This document shows positions 52,266 through 60,679 of a stretch of DNA of 64,000 nt, piece after piece. A model generated the notes under the pieces. That model was not told the origin of the DNA. It searched no databases and saw only the letters and a list, made by a program, of their open reading frames with translations. The translations under genes and the position numbers were made by a program. Every line of letters begins with the position of its first letter. Positions within the stretch are counted from its first letter, which is position 1. Where the stretch lies: the NCBI GenBank assembly GCA_965205045.1, contig OZ242032.1, positions 17,704-81,703 on the forward strand, read 5' to 3'. The stretch is from Candidatus Rariloculaceae bacterium. Lineage in GTDB: Bacteria; Pseudomonadota; Gammaproteobacteria; Steroidobacterales; Rariloculaceae.

Positions 52266-52922
52266 TCATCGGGCCGAAGCACCTCGTTGGTGAGAAACAC
52301 ATTGCAGATACGCGCGATGAAGACGCCGCTGAACGGCCTCGGTCTTCACACTCTTTGCCCTGGCAGCGATCGTCTGCCTGCGACAGTTAAGCGCTTCAGC
52401 GGCCTCGATCTGCGTCATGCCATGAACGTGTAGGAGTGTCATCACCTCTATCTGCTTTGGCGATAATATGTACCTCATCTGCTCGGACAGGCAGCGTTTG
52501 CTTCCACGACTTAGCCTTGAGGTTTCCCTTGCATCCGACCATACATGATCGACTAGCCATTGCACGTCATCGAGGTTTTGTTCTTTCCGTTGGGTGGCTT
52601 CGATAGAAAAGGACGACAGTATCGAAGGAATGTCTTTTCGATTCCGACCGAGTCGGATTGACTCTAGCAACCTGTCTTTATAAGCCTCCAGACGTTCACG
52701 CTCGCGAAAATCCTCAAGGGGATGATGGTTAAGCGGCCAGTGCCGCCATTCATCTTGCAATCTGGACAGTCGTCGACTCGGGGATACAGAATCAACGACG
52801 CCCCGAACAATAGAATCGATGCCCCGAACAACAACCCTGGCTCCCCCGGCTTCCACTTCTGGAGCCGTCGTCGTTGCTAATAGGGCCAGGGTGGCAATGA
52901 CACTGATGAGGAATCTTTTCAT
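52266..52922 (-). CDS. Signal-peptide/TM-anchored protein with C-terminal sigma70-region-4/LuxR-like HTH
   Basis: MKRFLISVIATLALLATTTAPEVEAG.. then ..LSPKQIEVMTLLHVHGMTQIEAAEALNCRRQTIAARAKSV.. Confidence 0.5.
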   Translation of the reverse strand: MKRFLISVIATLALLATTTAPEVEAGGARVVVRGIDSIVRGVVDSVSPSRRLSRLQDEWRHWPLNHHPLEDFRERERLEAYKDRLLESIRLGRNRKDIPSILSSFSIEATQRKEQNLDDVQWLVDHVWSDARETSRLSRGSKRCLSEQMRYILSPKQIEVMTLLHVHGMTQIEAAEALNCRRQTIAARAKSVKTEAVQRRLHRAYLQCVSHQRGASAR

Positions 52923-53214
52923 GTCAGGTCTCCTGGAGATGACAGAGGACGGATGCCGCAATATGCGGCGATGTACGTACCACTATATAGGGCATGAAAT
53001 GTTCGGTTTTAACTTCCGATAATCACCCATTATGTTAACTTTGGGGTGGCGCCGTTGCTGGCGCAAACGGCATCCGCGGCAAGTTCCCCACCGGCCAATT
53101 ACCATCCCTAATAACGACGTGGAGCACGACCCGGAACGGTGGGGCGGAGGGGATTAATACGGCCCGTTCCCGGCAATGCAGTGGGACGTGGGTGGGAAAA
53201 GTTACGGTGTGGCA

Positions 53215-54015
53215 TCACTCCTTGCGCGGCGGCTGTTCCGGACACTCGAGGCCGGCCTCGACGATGCGCTCCAGGTCAACCACGCGATCCGGCAGCAGGT
53301 CCATCACCTGGCCCCGCCAGCGCCTGACCGTATCGACCAGCGCCACCTCGGCGTTGCGGCGCTGTGGCCCCTTGCCGTTCGCCATCGTGTACGCACAGCC
53401 GGAGACGAACATGCGCCAGCCGTTCTTGTCCAGCTCGCGATCCAGCTTCTTGGCCAGGTCCTTCGTGCGCTTCTCGCGGGTCGGCAGCAGGTCCTCGTCG
53501 ACCCCGTTCTCGACCTGGCGCCAGATGCGAGCTGCAGGCGTTTCATCCTCGGACTTGGCGTTTTCCGCCGCCTCCCCTCCGGTTGCCTTGTAACCGTTTT
53601 CGATTCGCACCTCCGGCGGCCGCTCCTCGATGGGCAAGACGTACTGGATCGACTCCGAGGCGGCCAGGCTCCAGATGCGCCGCACCTGGTTCGGCTGCCA
53701 CGTCCCGCCGCGCGGCGGCCGCACGTCGCCGAGGTTCAGCCGGTCGGCGATGCGGCGGTAGCCCAGGCCCTCGGCCCGGCACTGCGTGATCTGCTCGATG
53801 ACCAGGGCGGCGTGCTCACGCCGGCGGGACCGCCGGACTTCGAGCGACTTCCGTTGAATCGCTTTCCGCGTAGACAGCTTCACCGAATACCCCTTCGTGT
53901 ACACGTCTGAAATCCTATCCGCACGTTTGAGAACCTTCTCAAGCGTACACGATGGGATGCCATCAAACACCCTCAAACGTATCCGTCCCCGGTCCGCATC
54001 CAAAATCTGCGTCAC
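53215..54015 (-). CDS. Protein with a serine-recombinase 'Recombinase'-type DNA-binding domain but no catalytic domain
   Basis: ..CRAEGLGYRRIADRLNLGDVRPPRGGTWQPNQVRRIW.. Its C-terminal 60 aa are paralogous to the 59948-60129 fragment. Confidence 0.6.
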   Translation of the reverse strand: MTQILDADRGRIRLRVFDGIPSCTLEKVLKRADRISDVYTKGYSVKLSTRKAIQRKSLEVRRSRRREHAALVIEQITQCRAEGLGYRRIADRLNLGDVRPPRGGTWQPNQVRRIWSLAASESIQYVLPIEERPPEVRIENGYKATGGEAAENAKSEDETPAARIWRQVENGVDEDLLPTREKRTKDLAKKLDRELDKNGWRMFVSGCAYTMANGKGPQRRNAEVALVDTVRRWRGQVMDLLPDRVVDLERIVEAGLECPEQPPRKE

Positions 54016-54112
54016 TACACGCCGAGTGATACTTCGTTCGGTCCAGTATCCACGCGGTCAATCGCCAGTTTTTCCCCTCACTGAAATGTCACGTGGCGTG
54101 TAGTGACGCAGA

Positions 54113-54595
54113 TCAGGCCGGCAGGTTGTCTTGCTCCGCCGCTGATTTTCTGGCCTTCGCTTCCCGTACGTCGCGGCTCCACTGCGCCAGGCGTCCCTTC
54201 GGCTCCGTATCCCTGGGGAGCCTGCGGGGCGCCGGCAGCCCGTGGTACTCGCGCAGCGACCGCGGACGCGGCAGGCACGAACACCAGGGCGTGTCACGGA
54301 GCGACTGGGTGCACCTGGCGCACCAGGTATCGAACGCCGGCTGGCCGGGCACGAAGCGCCCGGTCGCGATGCGGATGCCGTGGCGCTGGGCGATGCGGTA
54401 AAGCTGCCGCCGCGTCCAGGCACCGCCGCGCGGCGCCCTGGTCATGGTGTAGTCCTGCACACAGCGCAGGGCGCGAGACAGCCCGCCGCCCAGCATGGCG
54501 ACGCGCTTCAGCATGGGGAGGACCGACCGGTCGTGCATGGCCTGGCGCTCGCGACGGCGCGCCAGGGCCAGGGCGCGGTGCTCGTCCGTCAGCAT
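54113..54595 (-). CDS. Hypothetical 160-aa protein with a related RGG-W HTH-like motif and Cys-rich tail
   Basis: MLTDEHRALALARRRE..TRAPRGGAWTRRQLYRIAQRHG.. ATG 54595 lies 2 nt after the integrase stop. Confidence 0.5.
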   Translation of the reverse strand: MLTDEHRALALARRRERQAMHDRSVLPMLKRVAMLGGGLSRALRCVQDYTMTRAPRGGAWTRRQLYRIAQRHGIRIATGRFVPGQPAFDTWCARCTQSLRDTPWCSCLPRPRSLREYHGLPAPRRLPRDTEPKGRLAQWSRDVREAKARKSAAEQDNLPA

Positions 54596-54597
54596 GA

Positions 54598-55473
54598 TCA
54601 GCGGCCAAGATAGAGGGCCGTGATTTGTTCGCGGCCATGACCGAGCTCCTCGCTGATGATCTTGCGGGCCTCGCGGTCGAGAGCCCTCTCGTCGCGCCGC
54701 AGCTGCCTCGTCTTTCCCCCCGGCGCAGCCGGCGCCAGGCGCCCGGTCAGCTCGAAGTAGCGGTTCTGCGCGTAGGCATGCCTGAGGCCGTGCATCTTGT
54801 GCAGGCCGGCCGCTGCCGTCTGGCGCTCGTAGCGGCGCACCTGGTCCTTGTACTGCCCCGTCGGGATGAGCGATCCCCTGGGGGTTTTGGCGGCCAGGGC
54901 CTTGGCGCGATCCAGGACCTCGCGCTGCGCCTCGGTGCGGATCGGGATCTCGCGCGGCCTCCCTCCCTTCGTCCACGACGCCTTGAGCACCAGCCGACTT
55001 CCCCGGTCGGCCCATTCGACAACGATCTTGATCGCCTCTTCGCGCCGCAGGCCGAACACGCGCTGCAGCTCCAGGCTCATGCGCACGTAGGGGCACTTCA
55101 CCCGGGCCAGGTTGCCGTGCGACAGGGAAACCGCCTTGCTCACGTTGGTGACGTACTGGCGCCTGCCGATGCCGTAGGCGCTGTTTTCCCGCGCCACCAT
55201 CCAGGACTTGTTCACCTTGCCGCACACCCACCTGAGCGCGCTCATGCGGTTCTTGAGAGTCCCGATGCTGATGCCGGCGTTCTTCCAGCGCTCGACCAGG
55301 GCGTCGATATGCTTCGGCTTCAGGTTCCTGGCCTTGAGCTGCCTGGAGCCGGCTTCGGCCAGATGCCGGGCGATCATCTTGACGTGATAGCGGCGACCGC
55401 GCTGCGTGGCGAAGCTGCCCTCCGCCTTGCCCTTGTGGCGCCAGGTCATCTTCACGATGTCATCGTTTGGCAT
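54598..55473 (-). CDS. Tyrosine recombinase (paralog of 34802-35689)
   Basis: ..LELQRVFGLRREEAIKI..SWTKGGRPREIPI..MHGLRHAYAQNRY..ELGHGREQITALYLGR. Confidence 0.8.
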   Translation of the reverse strand: MPNDDIVKMTWRHKGKAEGSFATQRGRRYHVKMIARHLAEAGSRQLKARNLKPKHIDALVERWKNAGISIGTLKNRMSALRWVCGKVNKSWMVARENSAYGIGRRQYVTNVSKAVSLSHGNLARVKCPYVRMSLELQRVFGLRREEAIKIVVEWADRGSRLVLKASWTKGGRPREIPIRTEAQREVLDRAKALAAKTPRGSLIPTGQYKDQVRRYERQTAAAGLHKMHGLRHAYAQNRYFELTGRLAPAAPGGKTRQLRRDERALDREARKIISEELGHGREQITALYLGR

Positions 55474-55500
55474 CCTTGATCCCCTTCCCTCGGAGCGCCT

Positions 55501-55800
55501 TTACTCAGCGACCTCGCCCCCCTGCGCATCGAGACGCCCTTCGAGGTGGGAAATCCGTCTCTCGAAAGCGCGAAGCACCTCGAACATCTCATCGAAGCGG
55601 CGGTTGAGATCGTTGTGCTGACGGCTGTTTTCAACCTGTGCGGCATCAAAGCGGGCGTTTGTATCCGCCTGCAAACGATCAATACGACCATTCATCTGGT
55701 CGATACGGCCGTTCATCTGGTTGAACATCACCATCATAGCCACCAACAGACCCATCACAGCCGACCAGAACTCAATTCGTGTCATCCCTTCCCCTTTCAA
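55501..55800 (-). CDS. Small TM + coiled-coil protein (family of three in this window)
   Basis: ..FWSAVMGLLVAMMVMF..MNGRIDQMNGRIDRLQADTNARFD..RISHLEGRLD.. Confidence 0.5.
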   Translation of the reverse strand: MKGEGMTRIEFWSAVMGLLVAMMVMFNQMNGRIDQMNGRIDRLQADTNARFDAAQVENSRQHNDLNRRFDEMFEVLRAFERRISHLEGRLDAQGGEVAE

Positions 55801-56084
55801 TCGCGCCCGAAGCCACGTGGCGGCTCCAGGGTCTCCAGGTCGCCGAAGTCGTACTCACAGATCGCCCCCAGGCGTTCAGCAACCGGCGACTCCTGGAGGC
55901 TGTCGGGCAGGCTGTCAAGCCAATCCTGATACTCGGCCTGCAAGTCCACGAGGGTCTGGACGGCATCGCGCCAGCGTTGCGGACGACTGCGGCGGTCCTG
56001 CGGCCGGCGGTAGTGAATACGCGGCTGCTGTTCCTTGCGGCGGTCGCGGTAGCGTTGTTGTCTCTCGGCGTTGCTGAGTCCCAT
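55797..56084 (-). CDS. Hypothetical basic protein ending ..EPPRGFGRD
   Basis: MGLSNAERQQRYRDRRKEQQ..LQAEYQDWLDSLPDSLQESPVAERL..LEPPRGFGRD. I recall this end motif from phage/plasmid modules, but this is unverified. Confidence 0.45.
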   Translation of the reverse strand: MGLSNAERQQRYRDRRKEQQPRIHYRRPQDRRSRPQRWRDAVQTLVDLQAEYQDWLDSLPDSLQESPVAERLGAICEYDFGDLETLEPPRGFGRD

Positions 56085-56116
56085 ACCCTCATCGTGTCCC
56101 GTTACGTAACAGGCTT

Positions 56117-56371
56117 TCAAGGAGTCTCTTTGTCTCGCTCAAGCAAGATCGTCTCAAGCCGCGTCAGCCGTTCACGGAGTTCGGGCAGTATTTCAAGCTG
56201 ATTCTCTATCCGGTCGAGGCGCACGACAAGCGGTGCCACCGCAGACGATACGGCCCACTGGATACCCGCTCCCAAAGCACCTACGACAACGGCAACGGCC
56301 GCCACAATTGCCAACCAATCCCTGGTCCTCGCCAGATTCAGACCGCGTTGCGTCTCAGCTTGTGTCGCCAT
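56117..56371 (-). CDS. Small TM + coiled-coil protein
   Basis: ..WLAIVAAVAVVVGALGAGI..VVRLDRIENQLEILPELRERLTRLETILL.. Confidence 0.5.
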   Translation of the reverse strand: MATQAETQRGLNLARTRDWLAIVAAVAVVVGALGAGIQWAVSSAVAPLVVRLDRIENQLEILPELRERLTRLETILLERDKETP

Positions 56372-56374
56372 GTT

Positions 56375-58291
56375 TCAGCCTCCCATCATGTCACGTGCGG
56401 TTTCGGCCACTGTCTGGATGACCTTGCCATGCCGGGCTTTGTTCATCCTTGCGAGTGTCGCCATGCTATCCACGTTGGCCGGCGTTTCGTTGTTCAGGTC
56501 CAGTGCCTCACCACCTTGGTAGTGCATCGAATCCGGCGGTTCGATGCGCACGGCTCGCGCGTGGTGACAAGGCGAATTTTCCGCGGATTTTTGCTCTTTT
56601 TCCCTTCCGGGGGGTATTTCAACCGCAACACCGCAACAACCCGCATGGTTACTAGCCGAAACGGAATTATCAACCGCAACATGACTTTTTGGTTGTTGCG
56701 GTTGTGATTCGCGTTTCGCCGCGTCGTTATTGACTTGTTGCGGTGTTGCGGTTGTAGGGGGGGTATTAAGGGAATTTTGTGGAGCGTAGCGGGTACACAC
56801 CTGCCGTAAGGCGTCGGTTTCGTAACCGCGTGGCGTGGTGTTGCCAACTCTGACGACTTTCGCCTTTGGCGCTCCTAATTCCTTGAGCATGCGTCCCAGG
56901 CTGTTCTGTGTTAGCCCAGCCTTACCGTACTCACTCCAGGGTGCGCCTTCCAGGTTGAGCAAGGCGTCTACCAGAGCTCGGCTTGAGATGTTTGGCCCGA
57001 AGTCGCCGTCGTCGACCACGGTCAACACGTCTTGCGCCAGTGCCTCAACGTAGCCGGTCTCATCCAGGTCCTCAGCCGCCGCCTGGATGGATTGGCAAGC
57101 CTGCAAGATACGACCCGGCCAATCGCTGCCGGCCACGTGCGCGATGGCAAACAGTATCTCCCATGCGTCGCACGCCCGGTCATGCAGCCAGGCCGGAAGC
57201 GTCACCTCATCACGGGCGAGCATGACGGCTTCGGTGTTGTCAGTCGCCCAGCGCACAACCCGCTGTTTCAGACGTCCCAGATACCCGCGGTTGCGGGTAC
57301 GCCACTTTGGAAGGGGATCGCCGGAGCGTCGTTGCATGCGAAGGGTGATGCAGCGGTCCGCCGTGGTGCCAGACAAACGCCCGATGCCCGACAGCACCTT
57401 CGGACACCACGACGAAAAGGCACGCGCTTCCAGGTTGCGCCCTTCGCCCACCATGCGCACGACGCGCGCCTCGTTGCGCTTCTGTGAGCCGTTCAGCAGT
57501 GCCAGCAGTTCGGGGTTGTCTTTCAGGTAGGTATCAATCTCGTCGAATAGCAAGGTGGGTTCGTGCTGTTCGACGGTGCGAAATACCGCGGCAGGTGTAA
57601 TGCCGGACACCGGCAACGGGCGCCAGGAGAGCTCCGATATCACCTCCAGCAGGGTACTTTTGCCGCATCGTTTCGTTGGCGAGGTGACGCGCAGGAAGGT
57701 GCTTATTTCCAGGTCCGAGTGGCTGTGCAGGTAGGTAGAGACGCACCACGTGGCCACCACGTCGGCGGCGCCGGGTGGCAGAGATACGTGACGGGAAATG
57801 AGCGCCGCCATGTCATCGAGGAGACGGCCGCTTTCAACGGGAAACAACAGGGGTTCGACTTCCGGCCAGGTCAGTTCATGTCCCGGCTTGCGCTTTTCCT
57901 TCCCGGCTTTCTTGACCTTACCGATCGTCGCCAGCGCGTAGCCGTCGCCGTCCGCTTCCGGCAGGTAGGTATAGATCCGACGTATCGTTTCGTAACGATC
58001 AATAAGCAGGCGCTCAAAGGCGACGCGCTGCTCTCGCGGTGTGTATTCCGACTTCAGGTCCAGGATAGCTACGCGACATGCGGGTTGTGTCCAGGCGAGC
58101 GCAAGCACGGTCACGGCGTCGCCGTCTGGCTCTCTGTCGCCGTTCTGGTAGGCAAGCATCGCTGTCTTTGCGATGCCGACCTTCCAGTCGTCGGGGTAAG
58201 ACTGCCAACGCGTCGGGGAGACGGCGGCACTTTGGAGAAGATCGCCGTAGTCGAGAGAAGGGGTATTGCCTGCCAGGGGGTCTTGTGCCAT
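56375..58291 (-). CDS. DUF3631-type P-loop protein (phage/plasmid replication-associated ATPase)
   Basis: ..VTSPTKRCGKSTLLEV (Walker A)..LLFDEID..DAWEILFAIAHVAGSDWP.. The last ~180 codons are low-complexity and overlap a DNA repeat cluster. Confidence 0.7.
   Translation of the reverse strand: MAQDPLAGNTPSLDYGDLLQSAAVSPTRWQSYPDDWKVGIAKTAMLAYQNGDREPDGDAVTVLALAWTQPACRVAILDLKSEYTPREQRVAFERLLIDRYETIRRIYTYLPEADGDGYALATIGKVKKAGKEKRKPGHELTWPEVEPLLFPVESGRLLDDMAALISRHVSLPPGAADVVATWCVSTYLHSHSDLEISTFLRVTSPTKRCGKSTLLEVISELSWRPLPVSGITPAAVFRTVEQHEPTLLFDEIDTYLKDNPELLALLNGSQKRNEARVVRMVGEGRNLEARAFSSWCPKVLSGIGRLSGTTADRCITLRMQRRSGDPLPKWRTRNRGYLGRLKQRVVRWATDNTEAVMLARDEVTLPAWLHDRACDAWEILFAIAHVAGSDWPGRILQACQSIQAAAEDLDETGYVEALAQDVLTVVDDGDFGPNISSRALVDALLNLEGAPWSEYGKAGLTQNSLGRMLKELGAPKAKVVRVGNTTPRGYETDALRQVCTRYAPQNSLNTPPTTATPQQVNNDAAKRESQPQQPKSHVAVDNSVSASNHAGCCGVAVEIPPGREKEQKSAENSPCHHARAVRIEPPDSMHYQGGEALDLNNETPANVDSMATLARMNKARHGKVIQTVAETARDMMGG
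56620..56756. repeat. Nested inverted-repeat cluster built from CCGCAAC/GTTGCGG (6 cores)
   Basis: Left arm caaccgcaacaccgcaac at 56620-37. Central hairpin caaccgcaac..gttgcggttg at 56671-56704. Right arm gttgcggtgttgcggttg at 56737-54, the exact reverse complement of the left arm. Confidence 0.8.
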
Positions 58292-58520
58292 GATTTGGCT
58301 TCCTTTCTAGCGGATTCCTGGGCAGGTCGCCGCTGAAAGAGTTGTTGTTGCTGGCCTGGTTCCCGAAAGGGGATCAGGCCAGTGGTCTTTGCGCACCTTA
58401 GCACCGCCCCCGCTACGTGTCTAATTCCGAGCTTGTTGCAACCCGAGGCTGGTCGACGAGGCCTGCGGCGCCACCGGCAGCTCCGTCGTCGTCGGCGACG
58501 GGGTCGGCCACGACGCCAGG

Positions 58521-59510
58521 GTGTCCTTCGCCGCCTTTTTCCGCCGCGGCGAGCGCCGACTGGACCTGGAGCGCGATTACTACGACAACTACTTCCACCA
58601 GGACGAACGCGTCCCGCGTCTCATGCACCTGCGCGAAGGCAAGCTGGTCCGCGTCGCCGACCTCTTCACCGCCGGGGAACGCAAGACCTCTGCGACTTGG
58701 AACGAGGCCCTGCCGCGCGCCGGCACCCAGAACGGCCTCAACGTGCGCCTGCGCGGCCTGCACGGCTTGCGCGTTACCTGGGTCATTGCCGACCCCGTGG
58801 CCGGCGACTGGGAAACCGGCCGCATCCGCGTGATCCGGCGCCTGTTGCCGCATCTCCGCAACTTCGTCCACGTTCGCCAGGCCCTGGCCGGTGCCGAAGC
58901 CCTGGGGTCGCCCTTCACCCGTCTGCTCGACAACGCCCGCCTCGGCGTCATCCACCTGGACCGGCGCGGGCGCATCATGGAGGTCAACGACCGCGCCCGC
59001 CACCTCCTCAGACGAGGTAACGGCTTGTGGGAACAGAGAGGCTTCCTGCGCGCCTGGTCGCCGGACGACGACGCCCGCCTCGAGCGGCTGGTGGCGGCGG
59101 TCCTGCCGTCGCTCGGCGGCCAGGCAGCCGGTGGCTCGATGCTGGTCCGGCGCCCCTCCCTTGTGCCGATGCTGACGCTGCACGTCCATCCCGCCACCGT
59201 GCGCCAGATGGACTTCGGCGCCCCGGAGGCGGGGGCGCTGGTGCTGGTCGACGGCCTGGACGGGCTCCAGCTCGATGCGGGCCAGGTGGGGTCGGTGCTC
59301 GGCCTGACGCCGGCCGAGAGCCGCGTGGCGGTCGAACTGGCCGAGGGCAGGACGGTGCCGGACATCGCCGCTGCATCCGGACGGTCAGAGGGTACGGTTC
59401 GCATCCACCTCAAGCGCATCCACCGCAAGCTGGGGGTCTCGCGCCGGGCGGACTTGGTTCGCCTGGTGCTGTCAGTGCCCGAGCGCGCCGGACGCCGGCG
59501 CTATCCCTGA
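58521..59510 (+). CDS. LuxR-family transcriptional regulator (N-terminal sensor-like region + GerE HTH); start uncertain
   Basis: ..LGLTPAESRVAVELAEGRTVPDIAAASGRSEGTVRIHLKRIHRKLGVSRRADLVRLVL.. GTG 58521 is the first canonical start in an ORF open from 58425. Confidence 0.7.
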   Translation: MSFAAFFRRGERRLDLERDYYDNYFHQDERVPRLMHLREGKLVRVADLFTAGERKTSATWNEALPRAGTQNGLNVRLRGLHGLRVTWVIADPVAGDWETGRIRVIRRLLPHLRNFVHVRQALAGAEALGSPFTRLLDNARLGVIHLDRRGRIMEVNDRARHLLRRGNGLWEQRGFLRAWSPDDDARLERLVAAVLPSLGGQAAGGSMLVRRPSLVPMLTLHVHPATVRQMDFGAPEAGALVLVDGLDGLQLDAGQVGSVLGLTPAESRVAVELAEGRTVPDIAAASGRSEGTVRIHLKRIHRKLGVSRRADLVRLVLSVPERAGRRRYP

Positions 59511-59710
59511 GGTTCCTGCGGCAAGTCAAAACGCTTTCCTCGATCATCCGACACGCCCCTGACGCCTGCCCCAATCCACTTGGTCAACGTGCTTTTGTCC
59601 CCCGTTTGGGGACGGTTACACCGTGTCGCTTCTGTGCTATCTGTCTGCAGTGAGTCTGCTCGCCATGACCCGGACCGGCCAGCGACAGAGTCGGTCCTGC
59701 TGCCGGCCGC

Positions 59711-59944
59711 ATGGCTTGGCGGCGGGCCGGCAAAACGGAGATACAGGCGATGAACGGGCGCCTCGACCGCATGGAAGCTGAGATCAGAGCCGGCCGGGAA
59801 GAGACAACGGCGTTACGGGGCGACGTGCAAAACGAGTCCAAGGCCATTCGGGCGGATATTGCAGCCCTCAGCGAGCGCCTGACGCGGGTAGAAATCCTGC
59901 TTGCGCAGCGAGACGGGGCAGGCCCCCAGGAACCGGCCAGATGA
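59711..59944 (+). CDS. Small coiled-coil protein (third family member)
   Basis: ..MNGRLDRMEAEIRAGREETTALRGDV..LSERLTRVEILLAQRD.. Confidence 0.45.
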   Translation: MAWRRAGKTEIQAMNGRLDRMEAEIRAGREETTALRGDVQNESKAIRADIAALSERLTRVEILLAQRDGAGPQEPAR

Positions 59945-59947
59945 TCC

Positions 59948-60129
59948 TCAGTCATCCTTGCGTGGCGGCGGCTCCGGGCTATCGCGTCCAGCCTCGACGA
60001 TCCGCCGAAGGTCAGTCGCCCGCTCCGGCAACAAATCGACGACCTGATCCCGCCACTGTCTGACCGTCTCGACAAGCATGACCTCGGCGTTGCGGCGCTG
60101 CGGTCCCTTGCCGTTCGCAATCGTGTATG
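59948..60129 (-). pseudogene. 3' exon-like remnant of a paralog of 53215-54015, interrupted by the intron
   Basis: (P)YTIANGKGPQRRNAEVMLVETVRQWRDQVVDLLPERATDLRRIVEAG..PPRKDD* versus AYTMANGKGPQRRNAEVALVDTVRRWRGQVMDLLPDRVVDLERIVEAG..PPRKE*. DNA similarity stops at 60127-60130. Confidence 0.6.
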
Positions 60130-60679
60130 GTCGGGTAAGGAGGCTGCATCGCTGCCGCCCCCTCCCTAAGAACCGTACGTGCGGGTTTGCCCGCATACGG
60201 CTCAAGCAAACCAGCCGTAGAATCGTCGCCTCAGATGGCGCGCCCACTTATCGCCGGCGTCCTGGCTCTGTTTGCAGCCTTACAGGCTGCATCTAACATC
60301 CACCAGGATGAGCCATCTTTGCCACGTCCTATGACCGGTCCACCAGTTGCACGTCAGCACCCTTTCGGGTTGGGCATAGGCCCTATCCAGCAGCTTAGAG
60401 CGGTTTCCATATGACCATACGGGATGCCTGCAATAGGCAAATCAGCCCGGATTATCCGATGCCGTAGTAGGCCAGACACACGAACGAAAACCGCTATATG
60501 GTTTCGCTTTGCCTTTCGGCATCTGGCCTTCGCTTCTTGCAACCTCCTGTTCCCGCTGAGGACATAGCCCTTCCTCGCGGTTGGGTTTCTGACCCGAAGG
60601 TCAGACCTCATCGGGGTTACCCTGTTCCGCATCCTTGAGATACGATCGGGTTAGGTGCCTTCTCTACGCCGGAGCCTAT
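60130..60679 (-). ncRNA. Group II intron ribozyme remnant, ORF-less; domains V and VI clear, 5' end probably truncated
   Basis: Minus strand 60203-60170 is GAGCCGTATGCGGGCAAACCCGCACGTACGGTTC, a textbook domain V with the AGC triad, AC bulge and tetraloop. A domain VI-like stem AGGGAGG..CCTCCTT + A follows, and the 3' end is ..GAC at 60130. No GUGYG at the 5' side. No reverse-transcriptase ORF. Confidence 0.65.
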
